This document shows, piece by piece, positions 38,971-47,876 of a DNA stretch of 64,000 nt. The position numbers and the translations under genes are program-made. The stretch is from Candidatus Omnitrophota bacterium (GTDB taxonomy: Bacteria; Omnitrophota; Gorgyraeia; Zapsychrales; Aceulaceae), in assembly GCA_029564765.1 (NCBI GenBank), contig JAKQPK010000013.1, forward strand, positions 125,753-189,752, written 5' to 3'. Every line of letters starts with the position of its first letter. The first letter of the stretch is position 1. A model generated the notes under the pieces. It had not been told where the DNA came from, searched no databases, and saw only the letters and a program-made list of their open reading frames with translations.

Positions 38971-40509
38971 ATGGAATTTCGCAAGAAACCCTTCGCGTTC
39001 TTGTTCTGTTTTTTGTCAGCGGGTATCGTGATCGGATACGGCACGCGTTGGCCCATCACTGGGGTGCTTGGGGCCTACGCGTTCTTTATTATCTTGAGCC
39101 TCGCGTTGTCTTATCGTTATCCGCGGGTGTCATTTCTTTTTCTCGCGGTTTCCTTTGTGGTGCTGGGGATGTTATTGTTCCAAGCGCATGGACCTATGCC
39201 GCGCAAGGCCCGGCGTAACGACCTAAGACCTTATTACTATCGAACAGCCGCTGTGCAGGGTGTCATTGTTTCCCATGTTCAGAAAAGAAAATTCTTAAGA
39301 TCGGATAAATATGTTTTTATCCTTGATGTCTGGCGCGTCAAACAAGATGGCGTGTGGCGTGAGCGTCGAGAGAAAGTGTTGGCATCGGCCTTTGGGCCCC
39401 GAGATCTTTTTTATGGGGATGTGATCGAGACAAGCGGTAAGCTTTATCCGCCGTTCAATTTTTTCAAGGATACGTTCTCCTATAAAGATCATCTCGCGCG
39501 CAAGGGGATCCACACGCTTTTGAGCGTGAAAGCCAAGGCTCCTGTTGTGATCTTGGCGCGGCGCAAAGGAGGCAGGGTCATGCAGGCCGCGATGTGGGTC
39601 AAGGAGCGATGTAAAGATGTGTTCGTCCGTTATTTAACGGCTAACGAATCCGCGATCGCCCAAGCCATTTTGTTGGGGGATCGTTATCTGGTCCCCAAGG
39701 AGCTTAAAGCCCTTTTCGTATCGACAGGAACAATGCATATCCTGGTCATCAGCGGTATGCATATCGGGGTCATGGCATTCTTGATATTGTTTTTATTTCA
39801 AGCGTTATCGATCAAGCGTAGCGTGCGTATTATTTTGACGATCCTTTCTTTAAGCTTTTACGCGCTGTTGACCGGAGCTCAGCCGCCGGTCTTGCGGGCC
39901 ACCTTGATGGCGTGTGTTTTTCTTTGCGGGATGCTCTTGGAGCGTCAGGAAGACCATGTGAATTCCTTGGCCTTAGCGGGTGTTGTTTTATTGTTGGTCA
40001 ATCCATGGAATTTGCTTGATGCCGGGTTCCAACTTTCCTTTATGAGCGTTCTTTCGATCCTTTGTTTTTATCCATCGACCTATCGATTGGCTCGGCGTGT
40101 TTTACGCCTAAAGGTCCTTCCGCGCTGGGCGGATTTTTTTCTGCAGTCTCTGATCGTCTCTATCGTTGTGTGGATCAGTATCGCGGGGATCATCGCGTAT
40201 TATTTTCGCCTTGTAACGCCTGTGACTGTGATCGCGAACGTGCTGCTGGTACCGCTGTTAGCTCCTATGATGATCTCTTGCGCGGGCCTTGTGATATCGG
40301 GGATCACGGTGCCTGTGATCGCGCCGGCATTCGCGGCCTTGACAAAAATCACTTTCAATACTATGGTCGCGATTGTATTATGGTTAAGCAAGGTACCTTT
40401 TGGATCGATGCGTCTTCCTGTTTTTTCTCTGTGGCAGGTCATTGGTTATAGCGTCGCGGGGATACTTTTCTTTGTCCTGATAGGGCGGCTTGCCAAGCGC
40501 CTCACTTAA
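38971..40509 (+). CDS. comEC: ComEC/Rec2 competence channel (no C-terminal metallo-beta-lactamase domain)
   Basis: AILLGDR, GTMHILVISGMHIG, PPVLRA and DAGFQLSF; start at ATG 38971. Confidence 0.92.
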   Translation: MEFRKKPFAFLFCFLSAGIVIGYGTRWPITGVLGAYAFFIILSLALSYRYPRVSFLFLAVSFVVLGMLLFQAHGPMPRKARRNDLRPYYYRTAAVQGVIVSHVQKRKFLRSDKYVFILDVWRVKQDGVWRERREKVLASAFGPRDLFYGDVIETSGKLYPPFNFFKDTFSYKDHLARKGIHTLLSVKAKAPVVILARRKGGRVMQAAMWVKERCKDVFVRYLTANESAIAQAILLGDRYLVPKELKALFVSTGTMHILVISGMHIGVMAFLILFLFQALSIKRSVRIILTILSLSFYALLTGAQPPVLRATLMACVFLCGMLLERQEDHVNSLALAGVVLLLVNPWNLLDAGFQLSFMSVLSILCFYPSTYRLARRVLRLKVLPRWADFFLQSLIVSIVVWISIAGIIAYYFRLVTPVTVIANVLLVPLLAPMMISCAGLVISGITVPVIAPAFAALTKITFNTMVAIVLWLSKVPFGSMRLPVFSLWQVIGYSVAGILFFVLIGRLAKRLT

Positions 40510-40537
40510 TGAGCGTGACCATATTCAAGGAGAGAAA

Positions 40538-42811
40538 ATGAAGCAAAAATACCTTTATCTGTTGGCTGTGATCATTTTTGTTGTTGCCGCGTCCATTAGC
40601 TATCGCGCAAATGAACGGGCCGCGGGTTTTCACGTATCAGGGTCTTCCTCTCAGGTCTTAAGCCGCGCGCAAGAATTCTTTCCTCAAGCACAGTTCATCA
40701 CGTCCGCGGACAGTCCTGATCAGTGGGTGCTGTGCCTGGACGCGGACAGAAAGCCTGTGGGCAAGATCCTTTTGACCAAACCGTTCGTGAATGAGCAGGG
40801 CTACAGCGGCGCTGTGCATTTGCTGATCGCCGCGGACCTAAAGGAAAAGATCCTCGGCGTTCAATTGATCGAGCACACGGAAACAGAGGATGTGATCCGT
40901 TTTCTAGATGAGAAAGAATTCTTTCGCGCTTGGAATGGTATTTCTGTCCAGGAGGCTTTGCGCAAGGATGTGGACGCCGTATCGGGGGCGACGCTGACGA
41001 CGCAGGCGATCGCGCGCGCGTTTAAGAAACGCTTGGCCCTGCTTACGCCGGCGGCACCGATTGTGTCTGCGCCGCCTATTTCTTTTCGCGTGTTAGGGGC
41101 CAATCTGCTGGCTTTGGCGGCGCTAGCTTTTTCTTTGTTCGTTTTTTTCCGTCGCAGGGAGAGCCGCATGTGGAGAAATCTTTCGCTGGCAGTCAATGTT
41201 GTTATTCTGGGGTTCATCACGGCGAAGATGCTTTCTTTCGCGCTTTTTTATGGATGGATCAGATCAGGCATTAACTTTGCGGACGCGATCTTTGTCATTT
41301 GGGTGGCCGCGATAGCGTCTATTTTTATTTACAACAAAAATATTTACTGCCAATGCCTTTGTCCGTTCGGCGCCGCGCAGCAGCTCCTAGGGCAGCTGAC
41401 GCGCCAAAAGTTTTCTTTACGTTTATTGCCGGTCTTTCAGTGGATAGGGTTTGTTTATTTTTCCATGATCTTAGGTCTTTTGTTGGCGTCCGCTCCTTTG
41501 CGGCTTGAATCAACGGAGCCGTTCGCCGCGTTCTTATGGTACAACTTTTTATCGCCAGCGGGGATCATGTTCGGGTTGTGGCTTTTTGTTTCTATTTTCT
41601 GCGGGCGGTTTTGGTGCAACTTTTTATGTCCCACCGGAAGGGCCTTGAATGGATTTTTGGCAAGGACAGGACAAAATCGTGTGTTGTCCATAATCGTCTT
41701 TGTTGTGTGTGTCGCGTCCGCCGTGACCTTGACCCGTTGGCCGCGCGCGGCTACTGTCGCGCCGCAAGAGGCAGCGGCGCCTACCCAGCAGGCAGAAATA
41801 CCTTTTCATATGGCCGCATTTTTTCGATCTTTAGCGGATAATATTGTGCAATGCACATTATGCCCAAGGCAATGTACGCTGAAACCTAACGAAGCAGGAT
41901 TTTGCCGGGCGCGTAAGAACATCCAGGGCAATCTGTATGCCTTGACCTATGGCCAGCCTGTGGCGGTCCATGTGGATCCGGTCGAGAAAAAACCTTTTTC
42001 CCACGTTTATCCCGGGACAAAGTCTTTTTCGATCGCGACAGCCGGATGTAATCTGCGTTGTAAATTCTGCCAGAATTGGGAGATCTCTCAGCTGGATGCT
42101 GAGAAGGTCAAGGCAGAATTTGTCGCTCCAGAACAGATCGTGGCCAAAGCCAAAGAGACGGGTTCCAAGACCATCGCGTTCACCTATACGGAACCTGTGA
42201 TCTTTTATGAATACATGATGGATATCGCGAAAGCCGCGAAAGAACAAGGAGTCGCCTGCGTGATGCATTCAGCTGGGTTCGTGAACGAAGAACCTTTGCG
42301 CGCGTTGGCCCAATACCTTACAGCCGCCAATATTGACCTTAAAGGATTTGATGAAAAATTTTACACAACGTTCACCAGCGGTGACCTGAACGTTGTATTG
42401 CGCACGCTGAAAGTGCTCAAAGAGGAAGGTGTGTGGGTAGAGATCACGACCTTGCTTATCCCCGGCGCTAACGATAGCGATCAGGAGATCCGTAAGCTTT
42501 GCGCTTGGGTCAGGGATCATCTTGGGCCAGAAACACCGATACATTTCTCTAGGTTCTATCCGATGTATAAACTTACCAACCTATCCCCGACACCGGTAGC
42601 GACGCTTTTGCGGGCGCAGGATATTGCCAAGAGCGAAGGCCTGCAGTTCGTCTATATCGGTAATGTTCCCAGTCAAACAGGAGAGAATACCGTTTGTCCG
42701 CATTGTGGTAAACTGCTGATCAAGCGTAAAGGGTATCATGTCCTTGAGGATCATTTGATCGACGGGAAATGCCCGGGTTGCGGCCATGAGATCCCAGGGG
42801 TCTGGCGCTAA
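40538..42811 (+). CDS. Fusion: FMN-binding (flavinylation) domain + NapH/NosR-type membrane domain + AmmeMemoRadiSam-type radical SAM domain
   Basis: GYSG...HTET...VDAVSGATLT; two CxxxCP motifs (YCQCLCPFG, WCNFLCPTG); CTLCPRQC, DPVEKKP, GCNLRCKFCQNW, FTYTEP, HFSRFYP and CPHC...CPGC. Confidence 0.88.
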   Translation: MKQKYLYLLAVIIFVVAASISYRANERAAGFHVSGSSSQVLSRAQEFFPQAQFITSADSPDQWVLCLDADRKPVGKILLTKPFVNEQGYSGAVHLLIAADLKEKILGVQLIEHTETEDVIRFLDEKEFFRAWNGISVQEALRKDVDAVSGATLTTQAIARAFKKRLALLTPAAPIVSAPPISFRVLGANLLALAALAFSLFVFFRRRESRMWRNLSLAVNVVILGFITAKMLSFALFYGWIRSGINFADAIFVIWVAAIASIFIYNKNIYCQCLCPFGAAQQLLGQLTRQKFSLRLLPVFQWIGFVYFSMILGLLLASAPLRLESTEPFAAFLWYNFLSPAGIMFGLWLFVSIFCGRFWCNFLCPTGRALNGFLARTGQNRVLSIIVFVVCVASAVTLTRWPRAATVAPQEAAAPTQQAEIPFHMAAFFRSLADNIVQCTLCPRQCTLKPNEAGFCRARKNIQGNLYALTYGQPVAVHVDPVEKKPFSHVYPGTKSFSIATAGCNLRCKFCQNWEISQLDAEKVKAEFVAPEQIVAKAKETGSKTIAFTYTEPVIFYEYMMDIAKAAKEQGVACVMHSAGFVNEEPLRALAQYLTAANIDLKGFDEKFYTTFTSGDLNVVLRTLKVLKEEGVWVEITTLLIPGANDSDQEIRKLCAWVRDHLGPETPIHFSRFYPMYKLTNLSPTPVATLLRAQDIAKSEGLQFVYIGNVPSQTGENTVCPHCGKLLIKRKGYHVLEDHLIDGKCPGCGHEIPGVWR

Positions 42812-44910
42812 AGGATGTCTTTAAGCCCGAGAACGATGATCACAGCGAAGACAATAAGACAGGCCAGGTTGATGCCTAAGAACGGGATTAGGATCATCGA
42901 AGCAAGAAGAGTTGCCGCGCAAGCGCCTAAAAGGTCCGCGGCGTATAAAGTCGGTGCGATCTTTTCAACCGCAACCGTGTTGTCCTGACGCCACAAAGCG
43001 CTTAAGAGAGGGTAGCCGAATCCGGTCAAAAGCCCATTTTCAAAAGCAAGTACCATCCAGGCCACTTGATGCCACGCGTTGTGCCCACGATAGTTAGCCC
43101 AGAAAAATATTTCAAGGAAAAAGATGAACCACACAAGAAAAAGCCCCGCGACATAATGTTTTGTGACCGCGCGCGATGAGATGGCGCGGCTTAAGAAAAA
43201 GCTACCCGCGGCCAATCCTGCCATGAACACTCCTACCAGGATCCCCAGCTTCCAGAAAAGCCCTCCGAAAAGCAGTTGAAAGCAAAAAAAGATGACGGCA
43301 CTGGCGCTCATGGACAAAAACCCCATGACCGCCGCCTGACTTTTCAGCCAGAGCGTTGGACGTCCTAGAAAAACAAAGGCCCCCAACCCGATAAAGGCGA
43401 GGCTCACAAGAAAGATGATTGGTTTTAAGGCTAGAGGATCGATGCGCGCGTGCGCGGTAAACCGTGCCTGGTCCATCAAGGTGTAATAAAGAAAACCATA
43501 AGGCATTAGGTCCGTGTTAATGCCTGATGGGAAAGAGAGCATGCGCTGGATATAAGCCGCGCGCGTTGGATCGAGCATGTCGCGCAGATGAAAGACTGTT
43601 ATAAACTGAGCCGAGATCTGGCCGCGCTCAAAACGATTGAGGATTTCTTGCGCCGTAATCTCTTGCTGGGAAGCAACTACGATCATAGCGTCGCCAGGAA
43701 TAAGGAACACCTGAGGGAAGGCGCGCTGTAGCGATCGAATGATACAGGCATTAAAGTCACGGATCACAGGGCTTAGGATATCCGCTTTGGACGGGATCGT
43801 AAAGATAAGGTTTCCTTGCGGCTTAAGGCGCTTTTTCGCTTCTTGAAAGAATTCAACAGTGTAAAAACGGTTAAAGATAAGTGCTGAAGGCGCGGGGATG
43901 TTGAGCACGATCAGATCGTAGAGCGCTGGATCGTTGTTCAAAAAAGAGCGCGGATCCTGATCTTTAAAAGTGATGTTCTTGCCAGGCGCGTAGAATGAAG
44001 GCAGGTGGCGTGGCCGGGGATTGCTGTCGACCGCTGTCACTGCCAAGAGAGGATATTTTTCAAGTTCTTGCACCTGTGATCTTAAGCATGGCCCAATCCA
44101 GAGCATGTCGCGCGCGCCTGCGTGCGTGGCTAGGGCTGTATGGATAAAGACCTCGTGAGTTTCTTTGTCTTCGCTGGTCGCGATCAAACTCCCGTTGACA
44201 TACAAGGAACGAGCGTGGCCGTCATCTGTCAGGATGATAGGGCCCTGCGCCGAGCCTTGCGTGAAGACGATAGATGAGGCGGCAAATTCTTTTTGTAGGA
44301 TCGCCGGAAAGCTGTTGGTCAAAGAAATGGACAAAAGCATTAATGCCGCGGCTATGACCGCCTTGGGGCGTCGGGATATTTTTAAGGCCGGGACCATCAA
44401 TAAAGGTAAGGCCGTAAAGGATAGTGGATTTTGATAAACGTAAAGCCCTAGCGTAAAAACGATCCCTCCTAAAAAGACCCCCAGCGCTTCGCACGCGAAA
44501 AGATAGCCCAGAGAGTGATCTTTGTCCGCGAGCCGTTGGGCATGATGGGCACTTAGGTGGGAGAACGCGTAACCGCTGACCGCGCCTGTCGGCCCAAGGA
44601 CAACGACCGCGGCAAATAAAGAAAAGACTCCGCCGACACTTTCATAATAGGGAATGCTAAAGAGGATCTTCAAGGTGTGCGCCAGAATAATGCCGATACC
44701 AAAGGATAGAGGAAGGGCGATCATCAGTCCTGTATCAGAAAGTATTTGCCTGCGCTTGCGTGTGAGGGATGCTAGTGCGCAGAACAAAGCCCAGATCCCA
44801 ACGCCGGCGATGAGGGCGAGCTCGTTCTTGGCAATGGAAAATGTGAATTCTCGTACCAAGACGAGTTGAAAAATACAACTGACAAAACCAAGAATGATGA
44901 ATATAATCAT
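42808..44910 (-). CDS. Membrane-embedded spermidine-synthase-like protein (TM - SAM-fold - TM), degenerate active site
   Basis: Q..LVRE N-terminal TM block, SLYVNG, DMLWIGP, DQDPRSFL, YDLIVLN, FYTVEFF...LKPQG, INTD and LYAADLLG. Confidence 0.8.
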   Translation of the reverse strand: MIIFIILGFVSCIFQLVLVREFTFSIAKNELALIAGVGIWALFCALASLTRKRRQILSDTGLMIALPLSFGIGIILAHTLKILFSIPYYESVGGVFSLFAAVVVLGPTGAVSGYAFSHLSAHHAQRLADKDHSLGYLFACEALGVFLGGIVFTLGLYVYQNPLSFTALPLLMVPALKISRRPKAVIAAALMLLSISLTNSFPAILQKEFAASSIVFTQGSAQGPIILTDDGHARSLYVNGSLIATSEDKETHEVFIHTALATHAGARDMLWIGPCLRSQVQELEKYPLLAVTAVDSNPRPRHLPSFYAPGKNITFKDQDPRSFLNNDPALYDLIVLNIPAPSALIFNRFYTVEFFQEAKKRLKPQGNLIFTIPSKADILSPVIRDFNACIIRSLQRAFPQVFLIPGDAMIVVASQQEITAQEILNRFERGQISAQFITVFHLRDMLDPTRAAYIQRMLSFPSGINTDLMPYGFLYYTLMDQARFTAHARIDPLALKPIIFLVSLAFIGLGAFVFLGRPTLWLKSQAAVMGFLSMSASAVIFFCFQLLFGGLFWKLGILVGVFMAGLAAGSFFLSRAISSRAVTKHYVAGLFLVWFIFFLEIFFWANYRGHNAWHQVAWMVLAFENGLLTGFGYPLLSALWRQDNTVAVEKIAPTLYAADLLGACAATLLASMILIPFLGINLACLIVFAVIIVLGLKDIL

Positions 44911-45018
44911 AAGGAGAAGGTAAAAGTAAAGGTCGATAGTCGGTAGTATTTAGCATATAGTCAAACTAACGACTAAATACCAACGACTATATACTGTTTT
45001 TTATATCTTACTTAATCC

Positions 45019-45660
45019 ATGTCCGAAAATCTATATTATTTATTTGTTAGCGGTATGATCCTGAGTTCTGGGCCGTGCTTGGCTTCCTGCGCGCCGTTTT
45101 TGGCCGCGTATACTGCCGGCCGTCGGTCAGGGGTGCGGGATTCGTTCCTTTCCTATTTTGTTTTTTCTTTTTTTAAGATCTTAGCGTATCTTGTCCTAGC
45201 GGGGATCTGCGCGTTGGGTTCATCGCTGATCCGCGTCGAGCAGTTGTTGCCTTATCGGTCGTGGATCTATGGGGCGCTGGGCATTTTGATCATGGGTATC
45301 GGCATCGCCATGCTCGTTGACCGCAAGGAGAACAATGCTTTTTGCGCATGCTTGTGCCGTCAACATGCAACGAACATCGCGCTCTTTGGTTTTTTGATCG
45401 GCCTTGCGCCGTGCTTACCGCTTGTGGGGATCCTCAATTATGTGATGGTTATTTCTAAAACACCGATGGACGCGTTCTTGTACGTATTTGTTTTTGGGCT
45501 GGGGACGGTCCTTTCTCCTTTGATGATCGTGATGGTCGTTTCGGCAAAGGTGTCCTCGATGCTGGCGCGCTTTGCGATGCTCAAGAGCCTGTTGCGCGTG
45601 TTCTGCGCGATCGTGTTGATCTTCTTGGGGCTCATAACGGTCACGCGGGTGATCGGGTAA
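45019..45660 (+). CDS. DsbD_2/CcdA-like (TauE/SafE superfamily) membrane protein
   Basis: GPCLASCAP, GLAPCLPL and FGLGT; about 6 TM helices. Confidence 0.8.
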   Translation: MSENLYYLFVSGMILSSGPCLASCAPFLAAYTAGRRSGVRDSFLSYFVFSFFKILAYLVLAGICALGSSLIRVEQLLPYRSWIYGALGILIMGIGIAMLVDRKENNAFCACLCRQHATNIALFGFLIGLAPCLPLVGILNYVMVISKTPMDAFLYVFVFGLGTVLSPLMIVMVVSAKVSSMLARFAMLKSLLRVFCAIVLIFLGLITVTRVIG

Positions 45661-45707
45661 TGATCATGCAAGATGTGCATAACAACTGATAGGAAAGGAG
45701 TCAAACG

Positions 45708-45875
45708 ATGTTTGAGATCTTGATCATTGTGGCGTGGTTCTTGGGGATCTTTTTAGGGATCTTGTGGTTGTTCTTGCCGTGGATCATTGTTTCAAAATTG
45801 GATGAGGTTATCGCGGAATTGCGCAAGATCAACGCTCAAAGATCTTCTAACGCGCAAGAAAGGAGGGTGTTATGA
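45708..45875 (+). CDS. Small single-TM protein (55 aa; not in ORF track)
   Basis: AGGAG SD; MFEILIIVAWFLGIFLGILWLFLPWIIVSKLDEVIAELRK...; ATGA overlap with the next gene. Confidence 0.65.
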   Translation: MFEILIIVAWFLGIFLGILWLFLPWIIVSKLDEVIAELRKINAQRSSNAQERRVL

Positions 45876-46057
45876 TTCTCGGTTTTCTTTATATCTTAGC
45901 AGGGGTTGTGCTGTTCATTTTTCCGCAGTTGTTGGCATTCTTTGTGGCCGCGCTATTCATCCTTATCGGAGCTGTCATCATGTACATCAGCCTGTATTAT
46001 CGGCGTATGGCAAGGCGTTTTGACGATCCGATCATGGATTTTATTTTCCGGCTGTAG
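45872..46057 (+). CDS. Small two-TM membrane protein (DUF3096-like)
   Basis: AGGAGG SD; ILAGVVLFIFPQLLAFFVAALFILIG pattern. Confidence 0.7.
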   Translation: MILGFLYILAGVVLFIFPQLLAFFVAALFILIGAVIMYISLYYRRMARRFDDPIMDFIFRL

Positions 46058-46149
46058 GGTTTGGCAGAAGGTTTCAGGTTTTTGTTGCCTGCAAGCCGTT
46101 GGAAGAGTAAAATATTTCCATGCCGCGCGTGAAAAGATAAGGGGAGTTC

Positions 46150-46188
46150 AAGGGCAGTCCCGTCTGTGGCGGGACTGCCCTTTTCTTT
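46150..46188 (+). terminator. Strong hairpin followed by T tract (terminator or palindromic repeat)
   Basis: AAGGGCAGTCCCGTC-tgt-GGCGGGACTGCCCTT then TTCTTT. Confidence 0.8.
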
Positions 46189-46281
46189 CAATGGGTAAGC
46201 CATTACACCACTTAATTTTATTAAGCTAACGCTTAGATGCTAACGACCGGATACTCCAACAAGTTGATGGTGGGCTCATTT

Positions 46282-46352
46282 AGCCCCGTTCTTCGAACGG
46301 GACAAATTCGCGCATACAAGTTATGCGCGCTTACGCTCCATAACTTGTGCGC
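46282..46352 (+). repeat. Third member of the AGCCCCG...AAATTC...CGCTnrCGCT palindromic element
   Basis: AGCCCCGTTCTTCGAACGGGACAAATTCGCGCATACAAGTTATGCGCGCTTACGCTCCATAACTTG aligns with 35288-35361. Confidence 0.7.
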
Positions 46353-46356
46353 TCAT

Positions 46357-46385
46357 TTGACTTTGATTTCCAACTATGATAAAGT
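46357..46385 (+). promoter_or_regulatory. Probable sigma70 promoter of bamD; transcript possibly leaderless
   Basis: TTGACT-N17-TAAAGT with TG extension; ATG only 7 nt after the -10 box. Confidence 0.55.
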
Positions 46386-46392
46386 GGACGGC

Positions 46393-47343
46393 ATGAGAAA
46401 ATATATCTTATTAATTATTAGTATTATAGTTTTGTCATGCGCCACGCCCAGTTTTGCCTTTTGGGTATGGACCCCGGAAACCAACAAGTGGGTCAATCCC
46501 AAATATGCCGTCAAAGACACGCCGCAAGAACAGCTTGAATTCGCCAAGCAATATTACGTTCAAAAAGATCATAAAAAAGCTCTCCAGGAATTAGAAAAGC
46601 TTATTAAGTTCTACCCAAAAGCCAAAGAAGCGCCGATCGCGCAGAAATATATCGGCCTTTGCTTTGAAGCCCAGAATAAGAATTATCGCGCGTTCCAGGA
46701 ATACCAGAAAGTCATTGAAAAATACCCTTTTAGCGATCTGGCCCCTGAAGTCGTGGAGCTTCAATACAAGCTTGGCGAGAAGATGCTGCAGAATCCCAGC
46801 AAAAGCCAGTTCGTGACAACCTTGACCGGCGGTGAATATGATGTCATTGATGTTTTCCGCACCGTGATCAAAAATGCTCCTTACGGCCCTCACGCGGCTG
46901 TAGCTCAATATAAGATCGGGCTTTACCTCTCCGAGAAAAAAATGTACCAAGAAGCGCGTGATGAGTTCGAAAAGGTCGTCAATGATTATCCGCAAAGCGA
47001 ATGGGTCAAGCCTGCCAAATACCAGATGGCGCTTGTCGACTCTGCCCGCTCTTCCAGGGCGCAATATGACCAAAAGGTCACTCAGTCTGCTGTTGAGGAA
47101 TTCAAGGAATTCGTGAAGAATTATCCCGACGCGGAGTTGTCCGCCAAGGCCAAAAAAGAGATCGCTGCTTTGAACGAAAAGGAAGCAGAGAATAATTTTC
47201 TCGTTGCCAAGTTCTATGCCAAACACAAAAAATATCAGTCCGCCAGGATCTATTACAATACCATTATCGAAGAATTTCCAAGCAGCACATGGGCGGCTGC
47301 TGCTTTAGAACAGTTGCGTATCCTGGATAAAAAAGCAAAATGA
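46393..47343 (+). CDS. bamD: Outer membrane protein assembly factor BamD-like TPR protein
   Basis: Signal peptide from ATG 46393; TPR repeats; QYDQKVTQSAVEEFKEFVKNYP and LVAKFY...SARIYY; upstream of lptE. Confidence 0.8.
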   Translation: MRKYILLIISIIVLSCATPSFAFWVWTPETNKWVNPKYAVKDTPQEQLEFAKQYYVQKDHKKALQELEKLIKFYPKAKEAPIAQKYIGLCFEAQNKNYRAFQEYQKVIEKYPFSDLAPEVVELQYKLGEKMLQNPSKSQFVTTLTGGEYDVIDVFRTVIKNAPYGPHAAVAQYKIGLYLSEKKMYQEARDEFEKVVNDYPQSEWVKPAKYQMALVDSARSSRAQYDQKVTQSAVEEFKEFVKNYPDAELSAKAKKEIAALNEKEAENNFLVAKFYAKHKKYQSARIYYNTIIEEFPSSTWAAAALEQLRILDKKAK

Positions 47344-47876
47344 AAAGAGCGTATTTTTTTGCCATCCTTGCCTGTATCGCCTGCGTCTCTGGATGCGGAT
47401 ACACGACCCGGTCCATTTCGCCGAATATCGCGGTATTCAAGACGATCTATGTCCAGCCTTTTAAGAATAGTGTTGATTACAGTTCGGAACGCGGAAGCAA
47501 GAATCTGTACATCCCGATGATGGAGGTCAAGGTTTCCAATGCGGTTATCAACAGGTTCGTCCATGATGGCGTCCTGAAGGTCGCCAAAGGGCATGAGGCT
47601 GACCTGGTCCTCAAAGGCGAGCTGATCAATTATCGCCGGGATGAATTGCGACGCGATGACGATGATAATGTCCAGGAATACCGTATCACGGTCACGGTCT
47701 CGCTTGTTCTATGGGATGTTGCCAAAGAAGAGCCGATGTGGACAGAGTCGAGCTTTTCAGGAGATACGACGTATTTTCTAGCAGGTCCCGCGGCACGCTC
47801 AGAGAGCGCCGCGATCGATGACGCGGTCAATGACCTGGCCCAGCGTATTATCGAGAGAACCGTTGAAGACTGGTAA
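47340..47876 (+). CDS. lptE: LptE family lipoprotein
   Basis: Lipobox VSGC-GY; TIYVQPFKN, ADLVLKG and EYRITVTV; upstream of holA. Confidence 0.82.
   Translation: MKRAYFFAILACIACVSGCGYTTRSISPNIAVFKTIYVQPFKNSVDYSSERGSKNLYIPMMEVKVSNAVINRFVHDGVLKVAKGHEADLVLKGELINYRRDELRRDDDDNVQEYRITVTVSLVLWDVAKEEPMWTESSFSGDTTYFLAGPAARSESAAIDDAVNDLAQRIIERTVEDW

Noticed and set aside
46237-46392. N-terminal extension of BamD
   Set aside because: It runs through the palindromic repeat and the promoter; the signal peptide starts at ATG 46393.
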